Shown one piece after another: positions 11,546 through 23,040 of a DNA stretch of 64,000 nt. The stretch is taken from assembly GCA_963514005.1 (NCBI GenBank), contig OY740802.1:37882001-37946000 (forward strand). Direction: 5' to 3'. The translations under genes and the position numbers were made by a program. The stretch is from Raja brachyura (Eukaryota). Under the pieces are notes generated by a model, which was not told the origin of the DNA, searched no databases, and saw nothing but the letters and a program-made list of their open reading frames with translations. Position 1 is the stretch's first letter. Each line of letters opens with the position of its first letter.

Positions 11546-13319
11546 GTAAGTTCACGAGGGCATGCGGGGATCTGGTCTCTGGATCTCCTTTCTAAAGTGT
11601 GTGTGTGGGGGGGGGGGGGGGAGGGGGAGGGTGCGTGTCTCTCAAGACCATCTACTTTCCTAGTTTACTTGGAGATTCAACTGGTGACTAAGAGAAAAAT
11701 TTAAAAAATATATAGTCATGAGGCAGGAGTAACCAACCACTTTGCTCTTCATTTGTTCAGTCTGGTTAATCGTCTACCTCTACTAATTCTTCCCATGCCT
11801 CTTGATTTTGGTACCAGAAAATGATCTGCCTTGTATAAGCTCAATGACTTGGCATCCACAGCCCTACTGTGGAAGGGAATTCTGAAGGTTCCACTTGGAG
11901 AAGTGTTCAATGGTCGATCCTCCATCCACCCCACCAGCTCTGCAAGCAGTGAAACATTACGCACATGCATCTGTTCAACCTTTAAGAATTTTCTTTTGAG
12001 GGTGATGATATTTCTGAGCTTTTTGATAAGGCGCCACTCAACACCAGCAAACCCGAAACACATGGCGCAGGTAGAGGGAACTGATATGAAACTGCTCAAG
12101 TAATTGGCACCAGGCAGTTGTGACGAATGCTTGTTTTGCATTCTGGCAGAAGAAGAATGGTGGTTTAACATATTGTCCAGCTAAACTCCTGTGTTACCTG
12201 CTTTTATTTTGGTATACCACCCTATTTTCTGAACTCTTTCTCCTGAAAGTTAAATCTCCATGATCTTAGTTAATCTGCAACTGCATTTTCAGTGACTGTT
12301 TAATCAAATCCGTTCACTTCTATTGATGCTACTAATTCATTCATATTGTTGTGACTACTTTTCACATATTCCTATCACATGGAAATGTCAATTGGCCTTG
12401 AGTCTAAGGGCACTGAACAATCCCATTCCCCAATAACTTTTCCAAGCACCTACTCTCCACACATTCCCATTGGATTAGTTCTACATTCCCATCCAATCCC
12501 ACAGTCCACTCGCTATATATGACACATTGTGATCAATGAACCATCCAACTTTGAGATGTGGGAGGAAACCAAATCACCTGGGGGAAAGCCATGTGGTGAT
12601 GCAAACTCCATACAGACAGCACCCGAGGTCCATATTGAACCCTGGGCTGTGGGAACGGAGGCAGAAGCTCCACTCGTTCTGCCACCAACCACTACCTGTT
12701 CTCAACCCCATGCACACAATGTCATTGTAAAGATTTTATCTCCTGCACTTGCTCTTCATCAGACCTTGACCAGGTGTATCCAATTTCTTTAACAATGCAT
12801 GAAAGCAGCTGTGATTAAGAACATTATAATGCTTTCACAGCTTTAAGAACAGACTTCTTCAAAAATGCACCTTGCTTTCAGCAGATCTTCAGTGCCATGG
12901 ATCGGTTGCTAATCAAGTGAAACGTGTATATAACGTACTAGCATGAAGATAGAATGGCCCACTTGTCCCTGGCAATGGTTTGTGCCAGATTGAGAGCCAT
13001 AAACTAGTTCTAGCCGTATAATGTAATGTTCTATAGTTTGCCCCTTTTGCGACTTGTAGATTGCAGATGAAAGCTGAGGGCCCTGGTAATTTTGCACTGT
13101 AATAGTTGAGCTCTGTGTTCATTGAATTTGTTCCACATTGTGGCAATGTAATTGAATGTTTGGGCGTTCTCCTGTGTAAATAGCTTAAGTGATTTTCTGC
13201 ACTAGCTGCCTGTGAATCAGTGCTCGGCTTTCCAAAGTGTGTGCTTTCTGGCCAACACTGGGGTTGAAATAGCAGACGGTTCCATATTTCAAATGCGTGT
13301 TTATTTCCCGCCTTCCTAG

Positions 13320-13450
13320 TGAGCAGTCCGGATAGTTCCGTACAAACCAGGCTACAGTATCAGGACCTTCATTCTGACCACAAGACAGCTGGTCAACACC
13401 AACAGATGAGGAGATGCAGGAAGCCACAATTCATGGACCCGGAGACTGAG
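13320..13450 (+). CDS. SPIRE-like: Spire-like exon: central linker (position of the myosin-V binding motif)
   Basis: ttcctag|...|gtaaga, 131 nt, phase 1-0. The only open frame is (L)SSPDSSVQ...QQMRRCRKPQFMDPETE. Sequence similarity is weak but the phases are correct. Confidence 0.7.
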
Positions 13451-14137
13451 GTAAGAGCTGGAGATGCAGAAATCACGAGATGCAGCCAGGGAAATCGCAT
13501 CCACCCAAGGACTGATTGCTGATCACACGTGGTGGATTTATCCAGCTGCATTACTTGATGGCATCAGTTGGATTAATTAGACACTGTAATTTGTCCCCCA
13601 GTGTAAGTGAGTGGCAAAAATCAAAGGGGAGTTGCCGGGCGTATGAGAGGGAATAAGTCGAAGAGATGCAGGGAGATCGGGCACTGGGCAATGGACTGGT
13701 TGGGACACAGGGAAGTGCAGATGCTGGAATCGTACAACACAAAGTGGTGGAGTAACTCAGCAGATTAGACAGGCAGCATCTGTGGACAGAATGGATAGGT
13801 GACATTTTGGGTTGATCCTGTCAGTGTGTTTGTAGGAAAGGAAAGAAAGTTGGAAAAAAGCTCTTGGAATTGTTCTGCCTGTATCTGGCTTGGACTCGAG
13901 GGGCTGAATGGTTGCCTTCTATATTGGAATCAGTGCATCAGTGCAATCTGAGCAGCCGTATTAGACGATTTTGCATACTTGAATTAAACTTAAATGGGTA
14001 TTCTTCCCCTATGGAGCTTTGCTATTTGAACCAGATTTGGTGTTTTTATATCTGTCTATTTTCTCAATCCCTTCTGGATGCAAATGTGTTAATTACTGGT
14101 TGGTTCTCTCCATGTTGATGGCACAATGTGTTTCTAG

Positions 14138-14210
14138 GAAGATCTCTCTGGCTTGGAGCAGAACAGTGCACGGGATGGCCAAACACTGGATGTGGTCTAT
14201 AAACATGCAG
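14138..14210 (+). CDS. SPIRE-like: Spire-like exon: central linker
   Basis: tttctag|...|gtaggg, 73 nt, phase 0-1. EDLSGLEQNSARDGQTLDVVYKHA is needed to bridge the phases of the neighbouring exons. Confidence 0.65.
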
Positions 14211-14452
14211 GTAGGGGTCCATCTGGTGTTGGATGGGGTCAAGAGGGCACAGATCATCTCGGGCAGGATCGGGAATAGTGAGTTTGAGATGCCGTGAGGC
14301 ACTCTGTATATATGTGGAACTATAAGAGTCTGAGGAAGAGAAACTGAGCAGGAATCTTGCAGGTCCTATAATTAAAGTGTTGATTTTTGACCATTGGCTA
14401 ATTCCCATTTCTCTGCTGCCCCCTCTCCAACACAAACTCTTCCTGTCCCTAC

Positions 14453-14958
14453 TAGGGTCGCCGACTTTCTCACTCCCAAATAAGGGACAAAAGGTCAAAA
14501 TATGGGACAAATTCCCGACGGCAATTCTTCTGCCGTGGCTGGGTGAATGATGAGTTGGCCCGGGTGCCGGACTGCACACAAAGCCCAGGCGGCGGGCCAG
14601 CTGAGGAGTTTTTGCCTGCGTGACATCGCGCACAAAGTCCGGCACCTCATCCAACTCGTGAATCATTGGCCATGAGAAGGAGGGGTGGTGGTGTTGGTGG
14701 TAAGCGACGGTCCGAAGGTCGGAAAGCTGGCCGGGCTGCCGACCAACGGGGTCACGGGCGAGGCGCTGCTGCTGCACTCCATCAGCTGCACTACGTCATG
14801 GCGGGTGAGGCGGGGCCGGACGCGGCGCTCCGACCCGACAGTCCCCTCGACCCAGTATTAGCAGTCAAATATGGGACAAGGGCGGTCCCGTATGGGACAA
14901 ACCAATTTAGCCCAATATACAGGATGTCCCGGTTAATACGGGACAGCTGGCAACCATA
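14453..14958. mobile_element. Non-autonomous hAT element
   Basis: Ends TAGGGTCGCC / GGCAACCATA with repeated GGGACA subterminal motifs. Degenerate 8-bp TSD GTCCCTAC/GTCCCCAT. A second partial copy starts at 41081. Confidence 0.8.
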
Positions 14959-15090
14959 GTCCCCATTGACAGTGTGCTCCATACAGGGACCTCATTTTGT
15001 TTAATATGTTACTCCAGTTAATTATTGTTCTTGTCCAATGTTCTTTTTTAAAAAAAAAGTTTAAAAAAATCTTTTCTGCTTCTTCTCCAG

Positions 15091-15233
15091 ATGTGTCAAC
15101 AGAAAGGGAGTCAACAAAGCCTTCATCCTGGCTGGATGTGACGCTTGTGAGGCATTCGATCAACAAATATAAGTTCCAATATCCTTTACAAGCAGGCAAA
15201 CCTTTTGGCATGGGTTATGAATTTGTAGAAAAT
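15091..15233 (+). CDS. SPIRE-like: Spire-like exon: pre-Spir-box linker
   Basis: ttctccag|...|gtaagc, 143 nt, phase 1-0. Contains RHSINK (recalled SPIRE1 RRHSIEK). Confidence 0.8.
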
Positions 15234-16288
15234 GTAAGCTCCAGTTAGCTTTGCATTCTGTTTTCCAATAATTAATGAAACTGCTTTATTGAATTGTAAA
15301 CTTCTGAGGTTTGCAAAATGTGCATGGTTTTTGACATTTCAACAAGATTCTCAGCTATTGAAAACCACACTGCAGCTGCTGGATATCTGAAATAAAGACT
15401 TGAAGTGCTGGAAACACCCCGCAGGTCAGGCCGCATCTGTGGAAAGAAAAACAGGGTTAACATTACAAGTTGTAGATCCTCCAGTATTAAATGTTAGCTC
15501 TGTTTCTCTTTCCACAGATGCTGCCTGACCGGTTGAGTGTTTCCAGGAGGATTTTCTGTTGATTTGACAACAAAGTGATCTGCTTCAGTAATCAGGATAG
15601 GCGAGGGGAGAAATGAATGACATACCAGCCAATCACTGATGTTTCTCTTTTTGCTATTGGAAATGTAGTTTGAGTCTCGCTTGTTGATTTTAAAATAATA
15701 TCACTTTGGGTTTAAGAGTTCCCAGACAGAGTTTTGGTTTTAATTTAAGGAAGTTCAACTCTCAGTATTAAATGGGTGGCAAATTAATGACCTTTTACAG
15801 ACAAAAATGAGAACCTTATAAATAGAGAGTTGTGCAGGTCTGGGGATTGGTTCTGCGGGAAGCAACCGAATAAACAGGTTTGAATATTTCTCTCTGGGTT
15901 ATGAGATGAAAAGCCTTTCAACTAGTAGTGAGATGTAACAATTAACAGGACAGGAAAAGTTAGAAAAGTTAGTAAAAATGTGTAAATGGAAGGCATCACC
16001 TTGGGAATTGTACACAAAGGTTGCTTGGTATCCTGATGATATGCATTACAATTGAAGGAACATAAAAATGATATTTCTGCTGACTCTCCTTTAGTGCTGA
16101 TATGTGGAGGTCACATTTTTTGAATGCTTTATTTTAAGTTGGTAACTATTTTGTGACCATTTCAACAGTTTCCCGTTCTAAAGCTCTGAAACGATTGCAA
16201 TGACGGCCTTTTCATTTTAACAGCCGGATGTGTGAAATGATCCCGATGCATTTCTGGCTAAACTCGATCTGATTTTTCTCTTGTTCAG

Positions 16289-16393
16289 GAGGAATTCCAC
16301 TTTTCTTCATCGCTCTACGTTAAGGAACTCGCGTGTGTCTGTCAGACCATCGCCAAGAGAGAAGTGAGAAACCGTAAAATGGTGAAAGACAAG
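16289..16393 (+). CDS. SPIRE-like: Spire-like exon: Spir-box (shortened)
   Basis: tgttcag|...|gttagc, 105 nt. EEFHFSSSLYVKELACVCQTIAKREVRNRKMVKDK vs recalled [31 protein letters not shown]...KGK. Confidence 0.88.
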
Positions 16394-16548
16394 GTTAGCA
16401 CTGAAATGCCTGATTAGACTGCAATGATTTCCCGCAACCTCAAATATCTGGAAAAGACACACCTGTGTTCATATGGTCCCATGCATTACTGGGCTGTCTT
16501 AGTTCTTGCTATATGGTTCTTGCCATACAAGAAGGCTTAGGTGTTTAA

Positions 16549-17081
16549 AGGGCCTGTCCCACCAGCATGCAACTCCATGCGATGAGTGCGACCTAACGTG
16601 GTCCGGTTGAGCCGTCAGGCGTCGCGGGGCCGGTCCCACTTCGTTCGCCGGAGCCGTGCGGAATTGTGCGGAGTTCGTCCCGACATCGCGCGGAGCTCCG
16701 AAAAACTGACCATGTTCAAAAATTCCGCACGGCAACGGCTTGTCGGCTCGCTGTCGCCTCGATGCATTACACACCGCCTCGACGTCGTGCCTCCGTGAGC
16801 CTCTCTGTTGGTGCCTCCGTGACCTTCTCTGTAGGTGCCTCTGTGATCCTCTCTGTGTGTGGCTCACTTTGCCTCACTCAAGTTCGCCTCACTTTGCGCC
16901 GTGTTGCGCAACTCACCCGACCTCCGCGTGACCCCTGCTGCCGGTTTGGTCGCGCTTGCCGCATGCAGGCGCATGCTGGTGGGACGGGCCCTGTACGGGG
17001 ATCACCCGACCTCCGCGCAGCATCAGCTGCCGGTTTGGTCGCGCTCACCGCAAGGAATCGCATGCTGGTGGGACAGGCCCT
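16549..17081. mobile_element. PIF/Harbinger-type MITE
   Basis: Perfect 22-bp TIR AGGGCCTGTCCCACCAGCATGC. 3-bp TSD TAA at 16546-16548 and 17082-17084. Confidence 0.9.
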
Positions 17082-17600
17082 TAAGGATGAACAATTCAAG
17101 TTTTCATTATTATTATCTTTATTGTGAATGGGTTTGAATGTGGCTCCATGGGGCTTGGCAGCCTCCCAAACTGCCAAAGGAGGTGGTAGAATTGGGCAGA
17201 ATCGCAGAGGCAGGACTTCAATAGGCATGGCACACAAGGTGGCAGACCTAGTCACACAATGGGTAAAATGGGCGAGCATGACTGATGGGCCGAATGGCAT
17301 GTATTTGTGTTGTATGAATGAGTCTATAACCTGCTGGGACTTTGGGTAGTGGATAATTTGATGTCACCTACTCGCAGAACAATTGGCAGAGGAGCAACTG
17401 TCTTGTGGAGGGTAGGTTTGAACATTTGGCCAACAATCTACAGGTGTTTTTTCTGCTCTCTGGGAGCATTGAGTAGTCCTGAGCTCAGCAACATTGAGAA
17501 GCTGTTGGAGATTGGAATGTATGCCTGGGATTATTACTGTTTAAACTGAAAAACATTTCACATGTTGTCGGAGACTAAAATGAAAATCCTTTTTTTTCAG

Positions 17601-17666
17601 TTTTGTTTCTATTGTCAGAGAGAGTTTTTCTTCACTTGGGCTCTCACCTGTCACTTCTGTAAAAAG
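17601..17666 (+). CDS. SPIRE-like: Spire-like exon: first half of FYVE-type zinc finger
   Basis: ttttcag|...|gtacga, 66 nt. FCFYCQREFFFTWALTCHFCKK vs recalled [24 protein letters not shown]. Ends in phase 0 rather than the expected phase 2. Confidence 0.93.
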
Positions 17667-17829
17667 GTACGACTATTGTTAAGATTTTTTTTAGTTCACC
17701 AATGTGTTAATGTAGAGGCTTGTGCACATCCAGCAGTTTATAACTATTCCAGAAAAGAAATGTAGACATTTGCAAAAGGAACATAACAGAAGGAGACACA
17801 AAGAACTGCAATTTTAAAGGAATTTTAAT

Positions 17830-18100
17830 GGAAGCAGACCCTTTGGCCCATTGAGTCCATGCTGTTCACCCATTCATGTTGGTTCTATATTATCCCACTT
17901 TCTCATCAACTCCCTAAACACTAGTGGCAATTTTAGAGGCAATTAACCAACCAACCCATACATCTTTAGGTAGGAAATCAGATCATCCAGAGGATCCCCA
18001 CATAGGCACAGGACGTGTAAACCCTGCACAGACAGCACCCAAGGTTAGGATTGAACTCTGGCATCTGAGGCAGCTCTACCAGCTGTGCCACTGTACCACC
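17830..18100 (-). mobile_element. HE1-like SINE, decayed
   Basis: CAGACAGCACCC...GAGGCAGCTCTACCAGCTGTGCCACTGT motifs. Confidence 0.7.
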
Positions 18101-18709
18101 AATGCTGGAATCTTGAATAAAATACGGTGCTGGAATAACTCACTGGTCAGGCAACATCTCTGGAGGACATGGATGGGAGAGGTTTTGGGTCGGGACCCTT
18201 CTTCGGAATTGGACTGAAGAGTTCTGACCCAAATCATTACCTATTCATTCCCTCCAGAGAGACGGCCTGACCTGCTGAGTTACTCCAGCACATTGTGGTG
18301 TTGTGGACGGAGCTTAAGTTCCACCATACAGATAGGAACGTATCGCTTTGCTTAGCTACTTGGGTTCTACATTCTAGATTTAATTGTTCTACCCATGGGT
18401 GAAGGTTGCAGACTCGGTGCAATGGGTTAAGGGGAGCCGCCTATTCCAAGTTGGGTGTGGGCTTAACAAGGACAATATGGATCTTTTGGTTTTGGACTCT
18501 TGGATGAAGGCAGTCTAAAAGCATTCAATGTCTTTTACAGCAATAATACGAATACAACTGACATAATTCCAATCAAGAAGTTAGACTTCCTTGGCCAAAG
18601 GCCTTTGTACTAAATAACTATTGGGTTGAGTAACGTTGCCTGATGTTAATCCAATCTATGGGCTTCAGTCTCCTTGCATAATTAATAACAAATGTGTTTC
18701 ATTTTACAG

Positions 18710-18737
18710 ATAAATCTGTTCAGAGTGCTCTACGAAG
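18710..18737 (+). CDS. SPIRE-like: Spire-like 28-nt FYVE micro-exon, read in a shifted frame
   Basis: ttttacag|ATAAATCTGTTCAGAGTGCTCTACGAAG|gtaaga. The ancestral frame reads *ICSECSTK (SPIRE1 PVCSQCCKK). The frame actually inherited reads INLFRVLYE. Confidence 0.88.
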
Positions 18738-19377
18738 GTAAGATTGCCAAAACTACTCGAAGTGTAAAGTTCCTATTATCCAAATCAAACTTGATTCCCC
18801 ACCACCACAATATGTATCTGTAATTGTGAAAGCTCTAGCATCTGAAGGCTGATTATTAGCATGCAAACTATTTTAAATTGGGGTATTCATTTAACAGTAA
18901 ACAATGTACAGACAAATAAAAGTTCACTGACTGAACACTGTAGGTTTAAACGTTGATATGTCTCAATGTATCAATCTTGCGTGCCTGAGGATGAGAGAGG
19001 TTCCTCCATTGTGAATGCCTGTATTTTGATCCATAGAAACTGTTCTAGCTGCTAAGAGAGTGTTCTGCATTAAGAATAGCTCTAATGTTGTCTCTAATAT
19101 TCCTTGGCAAACAGGGCAGCGTTGGATTAGAAACTCCCTTTCTCTCATTCCCAACTTATCACTTGCTGTGATTCTCATTACTTTTATACTCGTCAAAGCT
19201 GCTGCTACCAATCCATCCTTCAAGGTGCTTTTGACACCTCTTGGCAAACACACTTGTCTCTACTTTTCCGTTTAAGTGCTTGAAGCTTGCCTTTGAATGC
19301 ACTCCTCCCAGGTGTTGTCTGGCAGTGCCTCCATTCTGCCACTGGGAATGACGCTTAACCCCATCCACGGGGGTTAA

Positions 19378-19562
19378 GAGGAGGTCGTTGAGGCAGGGAC
19401 TATCCCAACATTTAGACATGTACATGGATAGAACAGGTTTGGTGGGATATGGACCAAATGCTGGCAGGTGGGACTAATGTAGCTGGGACATGTTGGCTGG
19501 TGTGGGCAAGTTGGGCCGAAGGGTCTGTTTCCACACTGTATCACTCTATGACTCTATCTATG
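19378..19562 (+). mobile_element. CR1/HER1 3' fragment
   Basis: GAGGCAGGGACTATC...GGGCCGAAGGGTCTGTTTCC...CTCTATGACTCTAT tail. Confidence 0.78.
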
Positions 19563-20943
19563 ACACAGCCCAGTGACTGAATAAAGACACTGCCATGTAT
19601 GGTTAGGAAAGTTGCAGATATTGGAATTCTGAAATAAAAATAGCTGGGGAAACTCAGCAGGTCAGGCAGCATTAGTGGAGAGCAAGGCAAGGTTAAAGTT
19701 CCAGTTTGAGGAGCATTTGCTGTATACCTTGTACTTGCTGATCTAGTTTTGGCTTCATCTCCCCAAATCTTTTGAATGTAATTATTTATTTTTCAATGCT
19801 CTTTTCTCTGCTACTCGACTTCTTTCCATCTCTGCAGCTTGTTCGCATCATGTTGCCATTGCCCGTCTCTAAATGCTGCCCTTCTCCCTTCAGCACTACC
19901 TGCCCTGATCTTTAATGTGTGGTGCAGATGTTTGCAATGGAGATCTATTCTCCTGGACCTTCCGTTTGTTGTTCCTTTTTCTGACATCGTTGCAGGCCAT
20001 GTCTTTGGCCAAGCATCAATCTAACCCTTTGCTCCAGGTTCCATGCTGATTGAAGATGCAAAGTGCAGTCTCTCGAGGTTGATTTACTTTCCTCTGGGGG
20101 AAGTTGGTCTTTATCTCCACTGGAGTGAGGACAAACAATGAGCATTTTACCTCTGGGTGATGTGCAGCTCTGATTAGCTGCACAATGTAGCTAAGGGTGC
20201 TGCCCACACCCGAGGATATGTCAATGTTGCTATCTCCCCAACCTTGAGCTTCACACCTGCACTTGTCTGAATACAATCCCAAGTTCATCCACGCTGCCCA
20301 AGAGAAGTGAGACTTGGTTGGCACTGTGTGCCCAAGTTTGCCAGGTTGACCAAGTACTGCCGTCCATCACTAGGGTTTTGGGGCAGATGTATGGTGGGTG
20401 TATTAGTAACCTATTAGTAACAAAGGTTTGCTGCGTTTGTTTGGCTGATATGTGTGGAACTAAATCCTCCACTCTCTGGTGCAACGCAAGAACTAAAGCT
20501 GTGGCAACACCATTTCCAACTGAGCCTTCTGATACAGACATTGTGTCATTCCTGATATCATGGAAAAGTTAGTCCTTTCAAATAGGCCCCATTCTATCGC
20601 GTGGCCAAGAAAGATGTGGAACATTTGTGCTGATGATGCTGAAATCCAAACTTAATAATAGGCTAAATCCTACATTAGTGAATTAATGCACCTCTTGCCC
20701 ACTGGATCAATGGTGAGAATGGGGCACTTCCAATGCAAGTAGGTGATGCCTCAGTCAGCAAAAGAGAGTTGATCCCATAACTGGCTGAAGCCTATGTGAG
20801 GAGAACACTGAATCACAAGCAGCTGCTCAATTCAATTAGTTCCACACAAATTATCTTTAAATAGCATAGATTAAAGAAAAGGAGGAATGGATGTGAAAAT
20901 ATTATATTATGAATAAACTCATCTAGCTATTCATATCTTGTAG

Positions 20944-21073
20944 ATGCAAATCCTCTCCCATGTATGCACCTTCCTGTAATCTGTAAGCCATTGGCAGCGA
21001 CTGCAGATGCTGGTGTCCAGGTAGAGACGTGCCGATGTGGATGGGAAAAGGTACAACAGTGGGACACGTCCGA
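20944..21073 (+). CDS. SPIRE-like: Spire-like exon: FYVE insertion loop
   Basis: cttgtag|...|gtgagt, 130 nt, open in phase 1-2: (D)ANPLPCMHLPVICKPL...WDTS. Aligns to recalled MRLPSKPYSTLPIF if 1 nt was lost near the exon start. Confidence 0.8.
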
Positions 21074-21124
21074 GTGAGTATTGTCACAAGTTCCATTAGT
21101 TGAACTTCAGCATCAACATACTAT

Positions 21125-21882
21125 CTAAATGGCGTGAAGTTGGGAAAAGGGGTAGTACAACGGGATCTGGGGGCCCTTGTACATCAGTCTATGAAAGTAA
21201 GCATGCAGGTACAGCAGGCAGTGAAGGAAGTGAATGGCATGTTGGCCTTTATAACAAGAGGAATCGAAATATAGGAGCAAAGAGGTCCTTCTGCAGTTGT
21301 ACAGAGCCCTAGTGAGACCACACCTGGAGTATTGTGTGCAGTTATGGTCCCCTAATTTGAGGAAGAACATTCTTGCTATTGAGGGAGTACGGCGTAGGTT
21401 TACAAGGTTAATTCCCGGGATGGCGGGGCTGTCATATGCTGAGAGAATGGAGCAGCTGGGCTTGTACACTCTGGAGTTTAGAAGGATGAGAGGGTATCTC
21501 ATTGAAACATATAAGATTGTTAAGGGTTTGGACACGCTAGAGGCAGGAAACGTGTCCCCGATGTTGGGGGCGTCCAGAACCAGGGCCCACAGTTTAAGAA
21601 TAAGGAGTAAGCCATTTAGAACGGAGACGAGGAAACACTTTATCTCACAGAGAGTGGTGAGTCTGTGGAATTCTCTGTCTCAGAGGGAGGTGGAGGCAGG
21701 TTCTCTGGATGCTTTCAAGAGAGAGCTAGATAGGGCTCTTAAAAATAGCGGAGTCGGGGATATGGGGAGAAGGCAGGAACGGGGTACTGATTGGGAATGA
21801 TCAGCCATTATCACATTGAATGGCTGTGCTGGCTCCAAGGGCCGAATGGCCTACTCCTGCACCTAATGTCTATTGTCTATTG
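21125..21882 (+). mobile_element. CR1/HER1 LINE, 5'-truncated (end of ORF2 plus 3' UTR)
   Basis: ORF 21297-21800 YRALVRPHLEYCVQLWSP...RVVSLWNSL, followed by a (TATTGTC)n tail. Confidence 0.93.
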
Positions 21883-22270
21883 TTGTACCTTTAGTGTTGT
21901 GCAGAGATTTTCCTGAGTACATTTTGTTAGGATACTAATATTTTCATGGCAATTGCTTAGTTTAAACTAACTGACTGCCTTTAGGAGCCAATAAATGTTT
22001 CCTGGTCCCTTTGTAACCAGGAAAAAAGTTCACCATGTTGACAAAATAGGAAATTGTCCAGTTTTCCCACTTGTATATAATAGTCATGGAGTTGGAATAG
22101 TCATTGCACAGGAATATGTTGACAAGTTGTGCAACTGAACTAGTACCACTTGCCAGCACCTGCCCAACAACTCTCCAAACCTTTCATATCCATGTAGCTG
22201 TCCAAGTGTTTTTAAATATCAAAATTGTACCCATCACTAACATTTCCCATGGAAGCTTATTCCACGCACG

Positions 22271-23040
22271 TGTTAATCTGCTCCTAACGCTTACCCCCCA
22301 CCCCTTAGTCTAGTTCAGTAAAAACACTAAGTCAAGCACTGGAACAACTAAACTTTATTTTTGAACGAACAACAAATTGCCCTATACGATGCCTAAACCA
22401 CCACGGGTTAGATCCATGTCTCTGCCTGGCCAAACCCTTCAGCCTCAAGCAAGCAGACACTACCAAAAGGTCATGCAGATCCAAGCGCCCTTCCACCGAT
22501 CCAAATGGGGGCTACCTTTTATAGGTCAACCAACTCTGAGGGGCCAAACTACACAGGGAGGGGTGGTTCCCCTTGCAAGCCAATTACACATATTGATTAC
22601 ATTAAAGTATTATTGACAGTCCCCCAACCAATTACCAAGAATCCCAAACAATGTTTCTCCAGAAGCTTCCGGAAGGCAGTCAATTAACTGAATAATGCAA
22701 CATTGACCCTGGCAGTACAAACAATTCGGCAAGGACTTCACACTTCGGCCAATCACCAAACAGCAGGGCAACTGTCTTGCAACATTATTTACAATCCCTT
22801 TGCAGCAATCCAATCAAAGCAATGCATTTATCAACCTTGAAGTTTCTTTGCAGTGTCCTCATACATATTATCAATTGAGAGGAGAGCTGGATCTTTCCCC
22901 ATTCTGCATATCAATCTAGGGCTCAGACTGGCTGACGCCACCCACAGCCTGTAATTTTCCACAGACCAAGGTTAAGCAAATCTTACAAATGCGGGGATCC
23001 TCCATTTTATAGTGTCTTCAATTTGGTCAATATTAATACA
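22271..23040 (-). mobile_element. Probable solo LTR inserted in a decayed CR1 3' fragment
   Basis: TG...CA termini with 4-bp flanks CACG/CACA. TATAAAA (~22520) and AATAAA (~22356) are in the right order on the - strand. CR1 sequence resumes on both sides. Confidence 0.6.

Larger units (their letters stand above)
2202..21073 (+). other. SPIRE-like: Partial multi-exon gene: divergent Spire-family actin nucleator (13 coding exons recognised; 5' and 3' ends not seen)
   Basis: All exons have AG/GT boundaries with compatible phases. Domain order is KIND end, WH2 A-D, linker, Spir-box, FYVE. Exon sizes such as 165 nt and 28 nt match SPIRE1 as I recall it. Confidence 0.92.

Noticed and set aside
11607-11630. 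G-rich run after the WH2-D exon
   Set aside because: Simple GT/G low-complexity tract; quadruplex potential alone is not evidence of function.
14064-14777. 237-aa minus-strand ORF
   Set aside because: It runs through a GC-rich hAT MITE and antisense to a Spire-like exon, with no recognisable domain.
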